Numbered from the whole stretch's first letter, positions 10,228 through 22,543 are shown. The stretch is 63,982 nucleotides of DNA, filler included, from Octopus bimaculoides (GCF_001194135.2; 6 parts of 5 records of this genome joined end to end with filler, not necessarily neighbours in it), one strand, 5' to 3'. Notes: generated by a model not told the origin, from the sequence alone. Made by a program: numbers and translations.

Positions 10228-11620
10228 CACGTTTTAACACCGGCGTTTCGAAGAGTTGGGCAGGACGCATCGTTAAAACGGCTCTTCCTATGGACCGCAA
10301 ATTATATTTGTATACACAAATTAAACCATATATATATATATTTATTTATACCAGAGTGAGCACATAAATGCGAATCAGTGTGGGGAAAAAAGTACGCGAA
10401 TACCGGAGGTAGAGTAATATGGTTCATCAAAAAGCAGCAATATTCTGTGTTATTTTGAACTACAGCACTTCCTTTGTCGGCTTATTTGATTGCTATTTCT
10501 TTACCGTTTTGTAGTTCTATTAAATAGTTTCATTCCATATGGCTAAGATTTGAGATGATTCTTTGCTTGTGTAAAGTATTATTCAGGAAATTCATAATAT
10601 GGAGACAAAAGTTATGAAGTGTTCTTTTTCCTGTTTTTAGGCAGTTGATAATTGCTTGTGTCTTTAACCAGTGAATCATCGTCGTTATTATAGTTCAGTA
10701 GTGCTTCTTTAAGTTGCAATTTTCCATATAGCATTTAATTTCGTTTTGATAAGATTTGCGTGTAGTTAGGGTAAAGTTCGGTCCTTTTGCTAGTAATTTT
10801 GGTTATTGTTGAAAAAGTTTCAGAGATATATTACATTGGGCTTTTCCTGTATATTTTTTCCAATGTGTGTTCTTGTTTCTCTGGACTGAGTATAAAAAAT
10901 CTTTTGTTGTAAGTATGTTGGTGTGGATTGTCTGTGTTTCTAATTGTTTTTGAATTGTTTGTAACCTAGTTTTTTTGTGTGACCATATTAGGTGTATTTA
11001 CATGTTTTGGGTTGCTTCGTCGACTGTTACATGTATTTCCCAAAGTTTTTCTCATTGTTGGGTGAAAATGATATTCCTATCTTTCGGGCGATTACTTCTA
11101 GTCTTCCTGATTTGTAAATTGTCCATTTTTCTGGTTTGAAAACGCTTTATTTTCAAGTGTGAGGCTAGTTTGGGGTGGTTTTGTTCTTTTAGATATCTAT
11201 ACATTGACCTAATTGGTAGTTTGGTACAAACATTTACATACATACACATATAAAGGGTAACCATGCCATAATGTCCTTTTTTGTTTGCATTTTCACTGTC
11301 CGGGTAAAAAAAAGAATTAATAAATAATCAGGATTGGTTTGAGATTATTTTTCAATTCGAATCATATGAGTTGACAGCATGCTCATATTCAGTGTAATCC
11401 AGAATATATTCCTCTTCATAGATATGTTTTACTGCAAGTGGCATGAGAATTCATATTAATTAGATTCATGTTGGCGAATATTTTGACTTCATTTTCTATT
11501 CCAGAATATTTGGCTTTCATTTGCCGTTTATTTTCTAGTTGCTAATATGGTGTTGTATTCTTTTGCTACTTGTTTTTCTTTCTTCTTTAATATCTCCTTT
11601 TGCTTCGGACTAGTTTGACG
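10228..11620 (-). mobile_element. Penelope-like retroelement remnant: N-terminal ORF to the start of the RT, plus a terminal-repeat-like segment
   Basis: Minus-strand 10560-10458 translates SNLSHME*NYLIELQNGKEIAIK*ADKGSAVV, the Penelope RT N-terminal KxADKG motif; HHR-like motif at 10238-10293; left of the element is an assembly spacer. Confidence 0.78.
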
Positions 11621-12262
11621 GGGATGTTATCATCAAACTTTGTTTTTTTTGTAAAGATCTATAATCACTTATATTTCATTTTTTGTACATATTTTGAATT
11701 TTTCTCATGGACACTTGCTTTTTGTAATACTACATACAAATGTCAATAAAGAAAGAAAGGAAATGTACTAAAAATAGAGAATGAATTTAATATGTCTCCA
11801 AATAATTTCGGATTCTATTGCCTTAACATGAAGCATCTAATTGCTTATGCCAATGGAATCCATTGGCAAAGTTTATTCAATTAATTATCTCGAACCTGAG
11901 ATAAAGTACTTTATTGCTGTTCTCTTCATCTCAAATTTGCAGAAAGGACAGAAGACAGGGTCCGAATCTTTATAGTATGTATTTCTCCCTACATAACAAC
12001 CACAAGAGAAAGTAAAACTTCAAGTAGAATTGTGATGTTTCACTGTGCCCTCACCGAAAATGCGTGATTCTGTGCTTATGCTACAATTAAATAAGATTGT
12101 GGATAGCCATAATTATTTTACTGTTACATAACATGCCATGCACTATATGGTTACGACTATTTAGGTTTTGAGTTGAAATACTAATAAAATGAAATTTGAT
12201 TTCCATCTTTCTCAGATGGATAAATTTAACAACCAGTCAATGACTGAGTTAGTTTAATAAGC

Positions 12263-12339
12263 AATGCCCAACAAAATACGTATGTCGTAATACGCAACGA
12301 AATACGTATGCCACAATACCCAACAAAATATGTACGCAC
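12263..12339. repeat. 26-bp tandem repeat, 3 copies
   Basis: AAT(G/A)C(C/G)CAAC(A/G)AAATA(C/T)GTA... repeated at 12263, 12289 and 12315. Confidence 0.75.
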
Positions 12340-12684
12340 AGCCAATATAAAGAAAGCAGATCATAGTTTTATTGTAGGATTATTCCAGTAGAATTGTAAT
12401 TTCACAACAATATTGATAAAGTCACTCTTCAGATTCATGCCTTTATTCTTAAATTTGCCATAATTATTGAAACAATCAGAAGCATATTTTTTTAAGCATA
12501 ACATCTTTACCCAGTTAAACTAGGGAAGAAAGATTAAAATAAAACAAATAACATGGCGGAGAAAATCAGAACAAAATACTACTGGAAATCCTTACATACA
12601 CTATATTTGTGTGTAATTAGGGGTGAGTATACACACACGCACGCGCGCACACACACACACATGCACAAATAAATACTCTTTTAA

Positions 12685-12929
12685 TCCTTCAACTGTTTCA
12701 TTCATTTGACTGCGCCCATAATGGAGTACAACCATAAAGGCTTTTCGTCGAAGAAATGGACCCTAGGACATATTATGTATAAGCCTAGTACTTATTCTCT
12801 CGGTCTCATTTGCCGAGGCGATAGGTTACGAGATAACATAAACACACGAACATCTGTTTTCAAGCGATGGCAAGGGGAAAAACAAAGACACACACACATA
12901 AATACATGTGTGTGTGTGTTTGCATGTGT

Positions 12930-12964
<35 letters not shown>

Positions 12965-13130
12965 TGTGTATGTGTGTGTGTATGTGTCTGTGTCTGGTGT
13001 GTCTCTGGCGTGTGTGTGTGCGTACACGAGAGTTTCCTTCAGATTCCGTCTACCAAATCCACTCACACAGCTTTGGGCAACCCGAGGCTATATTAGAAGA
13101 CAATAGCCCAAGGTATCACGTAGTGTGACT
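12685..13130 (-). mobile_element. SINE family A, diverged, with internal (TG)n
   Basis: Reverse-complement match to family A tail and body. Confidence 0.85.
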
Positions 13131-13869
13131 GATATATATATATATATATATATATATGAACATGGAAGTCGGTGATTATTTACTCAAGTAGGTAGATACG
13201 GAAGTAGATAGTTGAATAAACGTTTGGGTATATATAAAGGGAAATGTGTATCTCCCGTATCATGAATGGGTTTTGAAGACATATTTCTTGCTTGAATTTT
13301 CACTTTCTCTGTAATTACGGGGCGTAAATTTGTGAATTGAAAAACTAATTTTAAATGTTATTTGTAAATATTTCTAAATTACCATAGAAATGGCGCCACT
13401 TTAAATATTTCTCCAAAATAGAAATTTTTATATTTTCCTGAATCGTATTTTTTGCTCATGTCTTAGATATTCCATAGCATCTCAATAAATTAAAGAAACA
13501 AGGAATACAATATTATTGCAATTCTTCATTGGTATTAGGACAGGAAGCAAATAAAATGCCTTATGGCATTCCCTTTATAGTACATTTTCATAATTAATTT
13601 CTATGTTCATAAATCTCCTTCAGATTCTCAGTGATGATAAGCAGCATGGATAATTTGTGGCATGTCTATTTGTATCAGAATGAGGAAAAATATTTAAGTA
13701 ATGAAGTCTTAGCAATAGAGAAACTTGGCGCTCATAAATATTGAATTTAGGGAATATGAGTAAATATTACAATTTGAAAGCCATTGTTTTTGGCACATAG
13801 TATTGGAAATGGTTTAGACGAACTCATATATTCTGTTACAGAAATTAAAAGGAAATAACCTACTCAGCT

Positions 13870-14065
13870 GTATGCACAAGGCCTGAAATTTTGGACGTGG
13901 AGACTGATAGTTTACCACGATCTCAGTACTTAATTGATGCTTCTTTTATCTACGTCGAAAGGTGAAGTAGAACCTGGCGGAATATAATCTCAGAGCATAA
14001 AGTCAGACGAAATGTCACTAAGCATTTTCCTCTGTGTGCTAACGATTCTGTGATCTTGCCGTCTG
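13870..14065 (-). mobile_element. SINE family B, old diverged copy
   Basis: CACAAGGCCTGAAATTTTGG ... CTAAGCATTTT ... GCTAACGATTCTG matches the reverse complement of family B. Confidence 0.72.
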
Positions 14066-14868
14066 TATTAAGAGAAAATAATAAAACATGATCTTATGAG
14101 TGCTTTGAAGCTTCCAAATTCGAATTACTCAGAAATTTTCCGCTTCTCTTTTGCAAAGAAGTAAAGGCAAACTAAGTGAAGGAAATAAAGTTAGTCAAAT
14201 ATATCTAAGGACAAGGAGAGGGCAGCTAGGGATTTTACTACAATGTAAGTTAGATACACAGTAAAGAAATTAAAAAAAAATTAGCTCAGGGATCAAGTCA
14301 GGTATGAGGACATGTGCTGCTGCAGAGCGTAGACGATTTGTCACGATTCGCTGGGATCTCCCGAGCAACTCTCCGAGCCTTATGTCAGTCAATTTCTGTT
14401 TTTTTGAGACACGCCCTCATCAACATTGACCGCATGTCATATGGCCGTCCTACACGAGCCGTCACCTCAGCCAGACCCTCAGATTAGAGAACACGTAATG
14501 CACTCTCTCACACTCTCAGACACACGAAAACTAACGCTCTCTCTCTCATACACACAGTTCAGCTTGTATATGCATGAAAATGTACGATCCGATTTACTCA
14601 TCCACTTTCTTCCACAGTCTCGAACAGCCACCACCAAACCTCGCACTACACACTCCGCGTCTAATATAATATACATAACTCTCTAAGTTACTGGCGAAGT
14701 ACGAAGCCAATCAGAAATAATTGAATAAATGAATAAAGCGTTCGCACAATCATATGACCTGCTAGAACGAGCATCCACATCTTTCCTCAGATGGTGCTGT
14801 TCATAATTGCCATTTATTAAAAACTGGAGAACACGTTCAATAATGCTATTCCTGATACAGTAAGTATA

Positions 14869-15597
14869 GGGCTTCCCTATAAGTAGATTATCTCCTTTGG
14901 CTAGGCGGCGCTCTTTGTAGATAATTAAACTTCCGGAGGCTAACCCACGCCATTGTTATTGTTTTACGTCTTATCATGGATATAAAGCAGCTTGATGATT
15001 CAGCTATCGAAGTACTTACTGTGCCTGAGTTAAAGAAATATTCAAGATTATATGGTCAGTATGTTACTGGAAGAAAGGCGGAATTGACTGAAAGGTTGAA
15101 AGGAATAAAAATGTTGTCGATGAAGAATGTCAACAGAGTAAATTAATCGGACGATAAGTCTGAAGTATCGGACGATACTTCAGACAGGAATAAGCAGAAG
15201 CTTATATCTCCTCTCGGTGAAGTATTGCCTGATCTAAAGATCTTTGTAAGTTGCCGAATTTCACAGATAATGACATAATTACCTCGTGCTACGGATGAAA
15301 GCAAAGCAACAGTTAAAGAGTGGCATATTTTACCACGACAGACACGTACACAGCATCGAATACCACGATGTGAGTGAAAGCTGCTCTCACTGTTATTGTC
15401 CGGTGTCTGTTAATCCCTTCGATACCGACATTAAACCAAAAAAAGAATCCTGACCACAGAGTGTGGGTAATTATGTCAAATGTCACTGGCAATGTGCATT
15501 CAGCTGATTGCAACTGTTAAAGCAAGTCACTGAGCATGCGTACATGTCATACGGGAGAGTTCCAATCAGGGGTGGATAACACCTTATAGGAAAGCCG
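14869..15597 (+). mobile_element. Internally deleted TIR DNA transposon carrying SAP- and SWIM-domain remnants
   Basis: TIRs GGGCTTCCCTATAAG (14869) and CTTATAGGAAAGCCG (ends 15597), each flanked by TATA; internal coding remnants described in the next feature. Confidence 0.72.
14976..15520 (+). pseudogene. Disrupted SAP-domain and SWIM zinc-finger protein
   Basis: 14976-15146 encodes MDIKQLDDSAIEVLTVPELKKYSRLYGQYVTGRKAELTERLK (SAP pattern); after stops and frameshifts, HRVWVIMSNVTGNVHSADCNC* (start of a SWIM finger) ending at 15520. Confidence 0.72.
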
Positions 15598-16646
15598 TAT
15601 AAAGTAATCAGATAATTTCCCACGAGTATACTTCATGTCTACCTCATGTCTAGGAATTATGAATAAACATCAATAACACCTACACATTCAACTCATATTA
15701 TCATTGTAGTAATCAGAAATGCAGATTCTGACATGTCCCCATTCACTGTTAAGTGGCCATATAAAATAGCATAGCTTAATAGCCATACTATAATGGTTTG
15801 CAAATTTAATTAGATGTAAAACTGAGTTTCTGTTTTTATATTTAACTCAGATTTAATTATTTCATGATGCAAAAAAAAAGAAAAATCAAAGATCATCCAG
15901 GCAAGTAGTTCAAACATCGCTGTCTTCCGTAAATAGGTGAATCTTATACGATAGTGAATAATTTTGCAGTATCTACAGAGTTAACCAAGAAGTCCTATAT
16001 TCAATGTTTAAAGAAGTACGTCGTTGTGCTTTGGGTCATAGCTTTAGAACGTACCGATATGTAATACTATTGAATATACACGAATGAGTCAGTAGCATAA
16101 GCTCCGATATATTTCACCAATTTATGGCAGTGCGACAGGCTATGCTACCGGCCGTGATTGTATGAATTTAACTATCTAGTATGAAGCACAGTTAAAAACA
16201 CAGGATAGGAATTATGATGTAGTTACCTATAAAATAACAAATAACAAAATATCTGTGTTTGCCTCGTCGTAACATTTTTAAAGAATGTAACATATTGACA
16301 ATTACATAAATATATATTTATAGATGGCATTAAATTATAAAGGGAACCCAGAGGAAACATCAACAATCAGTAATGCGGAAATCCACGCTTTCACTCGACT
16401 GCTTATCACATTAAAACATAGACGAATTCAGGTTTAGATTCGTGTTGATACAAAAATATGGTACATTAAATCACATACAAACGAAGCAAGAGAAAGTTAG
16501 ACGGTCGAACAAAATAAATTGAACAAATAACGTTGTACTATTCGGGTGAAAAATCATATAATCGTGGGCATTTTATCCAGTTGCACAAAAACGCACACAC
16601 ATCTGTGCATATATGTCGGTCTATATATGTGCGGAACTATATATAT

Positions 16647-16692
<46 letters not shown>

Positions 16693-17179
16693 TGTGCGCG
16701 AGACAGATAGATACACACATATATATATATATATANNNNNNNNNNNNNNNNNNNNNNNNNNNNNNNNNNNNNNNNNNNNTTAATTAATTAANNNNNNNNN
16801 NNNNNNNNNNNNNNNNNNNNNNNNNNNNNNNNNNNATATATATATATATATATATAAGCATGGTGTTGTTTGTTCACTCCGTCGCTATACAATTTCTAAC
16901 TATTTATATTAAAGAAATAAAAGTAACTTGTTTCGTCACCTGAAGATCACACACAGAAAGTCATCCCAGTGAGTCGCGGTATGCATTAATGAGGTTTTAA
17001 TTAAACAGAACCTGCGATAATTATTGTTTTGTGTTCTGTTATTTAGGAAAAAGAAGTCAGCCGGTGTTGCAGTCTCACTGCGAAACCTATCATTATCTGA
17101 GATTCAGGCGTACACGAAATAATAATGGAATGCAGTTGTCATTGTTTTCTTTTACATTTTCTTATTATTTCCTTCATTC

Positions 17180-17374
17180 GTTATCATCATCATTATCATC
17201 ATCATCATCATCACCATCATCATAACCATCTTCATCATTAACATCATCATTAACATCATCATTAACATCATCATTAACATCATCATTAACATCATCATTA
17301 ACATCATCATTAACATCATCATTGTCGTCATCAAGACAGTCATCAAGATCATCGTTGTCATCGTCATTATCATT

Positions 17375-17418
<44 letters not shown>

Positions 17419-17432
17419 TATCATCATCACCA
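17180..17432. repeat. (ATC/CAT)n microsatellite with a 12-bp ATTAACATCATC sub-array
   Basis: Seen directly. Confidence 0.95.
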
Positions 17433-17459
17433 AAGTGACTAAAGAGTCCTATCTACAGT

Positions 17460-17613
17460 TCAAGAGATGAGGAATTATTTATAATTTTTACATTATTTAC
17501 ATTTGACGGATATTCGTCCTCATCTTGTTTGTTATTAACACAACGTTTCGGCTGATACACCCTCCAGCCTTCATGTAAATAATTCCTCATCTCTTAAATG
17601 TAAATAATGTAAA
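17460..17613. repeat. Fold-back Penelope-type terminal remnant with a truncated hammerhead
   Basis: AAGAGATGAGGAATTATTTA / TAAATAATTCCTCATCTCTT inverted arms; minus strand (CA)TGA-A-GGCTG-loop-CAGCC-GAAAC; 13-bp direct repeat TAAAGAGTCCTAT at both flanks. Confidence 0.6.
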
Positions 17614-17929
17614 GAGTCCTATTTACCCTAGTTTTTAAAACCGGGTTGTTCCTTCTTGACGGACTGCCGACCTAGGCTAGCGAATTTTGTCTACTCGTTT
17701 TGGGATGACCATCGACATTCTTGAGTTCCTCTGCTCTTTGAAAGGGCGTGTCCAAAGATGATGTTCACCCTCCTCGCCAAGCACGCTTAGTGGTGTCGAC
17801 GGTTTAGTCGCCGACAGCCCCACCATGTGAAGGTTGCACTGCATCACATGTTAATTATTATGGTTTATTTATTTATCATCTCTATTTCGACTACTTTTAC
17901 CTATCATGATCATTACCATTTTTGTTAGC

Positions 17930-17957
17930 ATTATTATTATTATTATTATTATTATTA

Positions 17958-18006
<49 letters not shown>
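17930..18006. repeat. (TTA)n microsatellite abutting an R4/Dong 3' end
   Basis: Seen directly. Confidence 0.95.
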
Positions 18007-18007
<1 letters not shown>

Positions 18008-18365
18008 GCTATTTACTTTTAATCTGCACGATTGTTACAATCACTTGCCGAGACACACCCAGCGTCCTAGGGCGAGTGAAGGACAAGAGATGTTACAGTA
18101 TGACTGAAAGTTTGGGAAGGAGACGTGGAAGGGGCAGTAGCGAAATATCTTCATGTAATATAAGATAGACGTTTAAATTGATAGGGTTTTTTCTAAGGAT
18201 GTGGATAGTATTTGTGAGCACAATCTTTTGGATTTCTCTGAGACATGGTTCTCCAGGGATGTTATCTAGATGTTTCTGAATCCCTTTTCCATCACATATT
18301 TTGTATTTCAGTTTTCAGGTCCTTATAGTTACTTAATTTGTCAAATTTCTTTCCAGATATATTAA
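18007..18365 (-). mobile_element. R4/Dong-clade retrotransposon 3' end
   Basis: Minus strand KFDKLSNYKDLKTEIQNM...KHLDNIPGEPCLREIQKIVLTNTIHILRKTLSI*, then a short 3' UTR and (TAA)n. Confidence 0.82.
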
Positions 18366-18374
18366 CAGATTATA

Positions 18375-18412
18375 GGCGTAGGAGTGGCTGTATGGTAAGT
18401 AGCCTGCATACC
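18375..18412 (+). mobile_element. SINE family A head only, interrupted by a Tx1-like element
   Basis: GGCGTAGGAGTGGCTGTATGGTAAGTAGCCTGCATACC matches the family A head. Confidence 0.75.
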
Positions 18413-20165
18413 TTGACTTCCGGTCTTGCGCGTTGCAGTAGTTGCTTACTGATGAACATGTGTGGACGTGCGTTAACGCCGTCCAAAAATTGAACTGTGA
18501 GAGTCGACCGAGGTAGGTGAAATTGTTTTTTGAGCTGGGAGGGGTTTGTTGCTGTTTGTTTTTGTTTTTTTCCAGTAAATTCGCTCAGCTCAGTTTTGCC
18601 TGCTTTCGGCGACTTAAATTGTCGCTCGCTTAGCGAGCGAAAATTGTGTTTCTCGTTCGTCGTTGTTGGTGGGCGTGCCGCCACAACGACGGACTGAAAA
18701 TTTTTTAGAACTTTTGTTAAATTTTGTGTGGCGTTTTTTTAGCGGATATTTCTCGTGGATTTACCTCGTGGATTTACCTTACGCCAAGAAGAGAACTCTG
18801 ACTGCTGGATTACCTGGTNNNNNNNNNNNNNNNNNNNNNNNNNNNNNNNNNNNNNNNNNNNNNNNNNNNNNNNNNNNNNNNNNNNNNNNNNNNNNNNNNN
18901 NNNNNNNNNNNNNNNNNNNNNNNNNNNNNNNNNNNNNNNNNNNNNNNNNNNNNNNNNNNNNNNNNNNNNNNNNNNNNNNNNNNNNNNNNNNNNNNNNNNN
19001 NNNNNNNNNNNNNNNNNNNNNNNNNNNNNNNNNNNNNNNNNNNNNNNNNNNNNNNNNNNNNNNNNNNNNNNNNNNNNNNNNNNNNNNNNNNNNNNNNNNN
19101 NNNNNNNNNNNNNNNNNNNNNNNNNNNNNNNNNNNNNNNNNNNNNNNNNNNNNNNNNNNNNNNNNNNNNNNNNNNNNNNNNNNNNNNNNNNNNNNNNNNN
19201 NNNNNNNNNNNNNNNNNNNNNNNNNNNNNNNNNNNNNNNNNNNNNNNNNNNNNNNNNNNNNNNNNNNNNNNNNNNNNNNNNNNNNNNNNNNNNNNNNNNN
19301 NNNNNNNNNNNNNNNNNNNNNNNNNNNNNNNNNNNNNNNNNNNNNNNNNNNNNNNNNNNNNNNNNNNNNNNNNNNNNNNNNNNNNNNNNNNNNNNNNNNN
19401 NNNNNNNNNNNNNNNNNNNNNNNNNNNNNNNNNNNNNNNNNNNNNNNNNNNNNNNNNNNNNNNNNNNNNNNNNNNNNNNNNNNNNNNNNNNNNNNNNNNN
19501 NNNNNNNNNNNNNNNNNNNNNNNNNNNNNNNNNNNNNNNNNNNNNNNNNNNNNNNNNNNNNNNNNNNNNNNNNNNNNNNNNNNNNNNNNNNNNNNNNNNN
19601 NNNNNNNNNNNNNNNNNNNNNNNNNNNNNNNNNNNNNNNNNNNNNNNNNNNNNNNNNNNNNNNNNNNNNNNNNNNNNNNNNNNNNNNNNNNNNNNNNNNN
19701 NNNNNNNNNNNCAGTGGAGGGAGAGACGGAGGAAGTCGAGGAGGTGGAAACCTCCTCGAAAAAAGGGAAAAAAAGGAAGCAGGTGGGCAACCATTGTTGC
19801 CCACCGAAAGTTGCGGGGAGGAGGAGCACCTTCCGGCAAAAGTGGAAGTGTGCCCTACTTCAGCGGCCCCCAAAAAAAGGAAAAAAAAGAAGAACGGGAC
19901 ACGGCCAGCACTTGATAGTGTACCGCCGGCGTGTCCCGATACTCCGTTGGTGGGAATTGTGCCACCAACGTTGGAAAGCCTGTCGGCGGGAATTGTGTCG
20001 CCAACAGCAGAAGCCGTGGGCTCGCCCTATGCGGAACAGGAATGGCTACTCCTGTTCCGCAAGGGAGGAGCCGTAGAAAAATTTGTTAAGCGCACTATGA
20101 AGAGTCGAAGGGAGGAAGCCCTCACCTGTGCTGAGGATTCTTACTGGCCTCCGCAGGTAACTGCA
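18413..20165 (+). mobile_element. Tx1/L1-like element: 5' UTR and ORF1 remnant spanning an N gap
   Basis: Begins TTGACTTCCGG (L1/Tx1-like 5' start); GC-rich UTR; the post-gap frame is K/E-rich (EVETSSKKGKKRK; PKKRKKKK...RREEALTCAEDSYWPP), as in Tx1 ORF1 C-termini; the diagnostic core is hidden in the gap. Confidence 0.55.
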
Positions 20166-20169
20166 TCAT

Positions 20170-20262
20170 CACAGGTTTTGTTGGAGCTCCTGAAGTCTTA
20201 CATGCGCAGCAGGCTTGCTACCTGCAGCATACGGTACCATGCTATCCATTATTATTATTATT

Positions 20263-20303
<41 letters not shown>

Positions 20304-20410
20304 GATTATTATTATTATCATTTTCTCTTTATCACAGGTTTTGTTGGAGTTCCTGGAGTCTTGCATGTGTAGCGGGCTTACTACCTGCAGCTACGGCACC
20401 ATGTTATTCA
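20170..20410. repeat. Two diverged copies of an 80-bp unit separated by (ATT)/(CAT) microsatellite
   Basis: ACAGGTTTTGTTGGAGCTCCTGAAGTC...CCATGCTATCC at 20171 and ACAGGTTTTGTTGGAGTTCCTGGAGTC...CCATGTTATTC at 20334. Confidence 0.8.
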
Positions 20411-20624
20411 CTCTTTTCAGTTATCTGTGGTATTGAGTAGAATATTTACTGTAACCCATCTTTTATACCAAGACGAAGCAATGTACATGATAACACTTCC
20501 AATCAGTTAAGATCAGAAGCCATGAGAGCCACTGCCTGGTATTGCATCCGGGCATTTATCATTATTATTATTATTACAATTATTAATATTATTATTATTA
20601 TCATTATCATTATTATTATTATTG

Positions 20625-22215
20625 CCTTTTCACAGCTTTTAACGGTGTCAGCTGTTCACTACCAATGAACTAAGGTAACACCTCTTATTTTTCGAGCACC
20701 TGCCGGAGTATTCGAGCAGTTCCAAGCAGTGATGTTTTCTGCAAGTGCTCCGCCTTATTGCAGCCCCTATTTGTTTCATATACCTCTCGAAATTTTTACT
20801 CACTGTTCCCAGAGCTCCGACAATTATTAGTACCACTACAACCTTTTTCACCTTTTTCATCGACCACAGCTGCTTAACCTCCCAAGCTAACCTGTCATAT
20901 CTTTCGACTTTTCTTTCTTCCTTATCGCATACCTTGTTGTCAGCTAGGCATGCTATATCTATGATCCACCATAGTTTGCTTTCTTTCTCAATTAAGACTA
21001 TGTCTGGCTTCCTATTCTCTATCTCATGGTCGCACTGAATCATAAAATCCCACAGGATCTTTGCATTATCATTTTCGATGATGCCCTCGGGTTTGTGGTC
21101 GTACCAACTTTTTTTTCTGTCAAGACCTTACTTGTTACAAAGTGTCCAATGGATAAGCCTGGCTATATTGTCGTGGCGTCACTTATATTCCTTCTGGGCT
21201 AGTGGCATACATTGGCTGGTAATATGCCATACGGTTTCACCGTTTTCTCCAGATTCTGCATTTATCACTTTCTGATGTGTTGTCTACTCTGTATTTTATG
21301 TAATTTGTTCTTTGTACTTGCTCTTGGGCAGCACAGATTAGAGCCTCCGCTTTCGGTTTTAAATCACTTTTAGTCCTCCACAGCCATCTTTTTTCTCTGT
21401 CTGTCTTATCTTCAACATCCCTATGGAATTGTCCATACATTCTTTTCTTTACCCACCTATTTTCAGTTTCATTCGTTTTCAATTGCTTGTATAGTGCTTT
21501 ATCTTTGCAATCTTTCATCCTACGCAAGCCTGACCTTCTTACTTCTAATAATAGCGGCTCTGTGAAATTTTTTATATTCCATGCTATGTGGTTTTCTTCT
21601 GCTCTAATGCTGTGTTCGCATCCAATAAGTCCTCTTCCCCCTCATTTTCTTGGTACATATAGTCTGTGTCTGTGTCCCTTTTTGGGTGGAGTGTCCCATA
21701 TCTAGTTAGCAACTTCTTTGTCTTTCTGAGCTGTTTAGTTCGTCTTCTGTCCATGCGATTACCTTATTCTGTCCGTTTAATTTCGATTTAAGGATCAGTC
21801 TCAGTCTGCGCAAGTACTCCACCTTAAATTTTTCTGTCATTTCTTTTTCCACCAATTTATCCATTTCCAAAATCCCGAAGTACTTATAACCCGTCTCTTC
21901 TTTCTGCTTCATAACCTCAACTGACGGTATCGATAGCCCGTCCATACTTTTGATTTTGCCTCTCTTCAAGACTAACACACCACACTTTCTCAGTCCGAAC
22001 TCCATTCTGATATCAGCACTGAAAGCATAGACTGTATCAACGAGGGAACTGACTTGGGCTTCATCTTTACCATAAGGTTTGAGGTCATCCATGAATAATA
22101 AATGGTTGACTTTTTGTTGGCGGCTTTTGAACACATGTGTTTGTGGTATCAAGCACAGTACAAAGATCAGTGGGGACAGGCAGTCCCCTTTGAAGATGCC
22201 CCTCCTGATTTCTGC
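20625..22215 (-). mobile_element. R4/Dong-clade non-LTR retrotransposon, 5'-truncated and decayed (RT, CCHC, RLE)
   Basis: RRGIFKGDCLSPL, HLLFMDDLK, CR..GENGETVWHITSQC..LAQKEYK*RHDNIA, RKPDIVLIEK...IIDIAC (PD..D endonuclease), IIVGALG; 3' end followed by TAA repeats. Confidence 0.9.
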
Positions 22216-22224
22216 TGATTTCCA

Positions 22225-22543
22225 TTAAAGAAATTGAGAAGTTATTTAAGTACAAAGACCTAGAAATAGAAGTGACCAAGATGTGGGGAATGAAAAGTAG
22301 CACAGGACCAGTGGTGATTGGAACGTTAGGCCTAATTAAAAAGGGCCTTGATAAGCATCTCAACAAACTCCCTTGCAGTGTTAACGTGGGATAACTTCAG
22401 AAAATAGTGTTGCTAGGTTCCGCACACACTTTACGCCGTGTATTCTCCATGAGATGAGGACCTGCTGTGACCCTAAGGTCAAGGGATGACCCCGGTTCAG
22501 CAGAAGACAACGGACCATATTTTATTTTTAAAAAAATAATAAC

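Noticed and set aside
14520-14720. Possible minus-strand host promoter (CCAAT box and AT-rich TATA-like run)
   Set aside because: The motifs are too common, and no downstream exon or initiator at canonical spacing could be supported
17630-17840. GC-richer segment resembling an RTE 5' UTR
   Set aside because: The resemblance is from memory only; no coding motif or second copy in the window supports it
18663-20372. 569-aa ORF and other long ORFs containing X runs
   Set aside because: They stay open only because they read through N gaps
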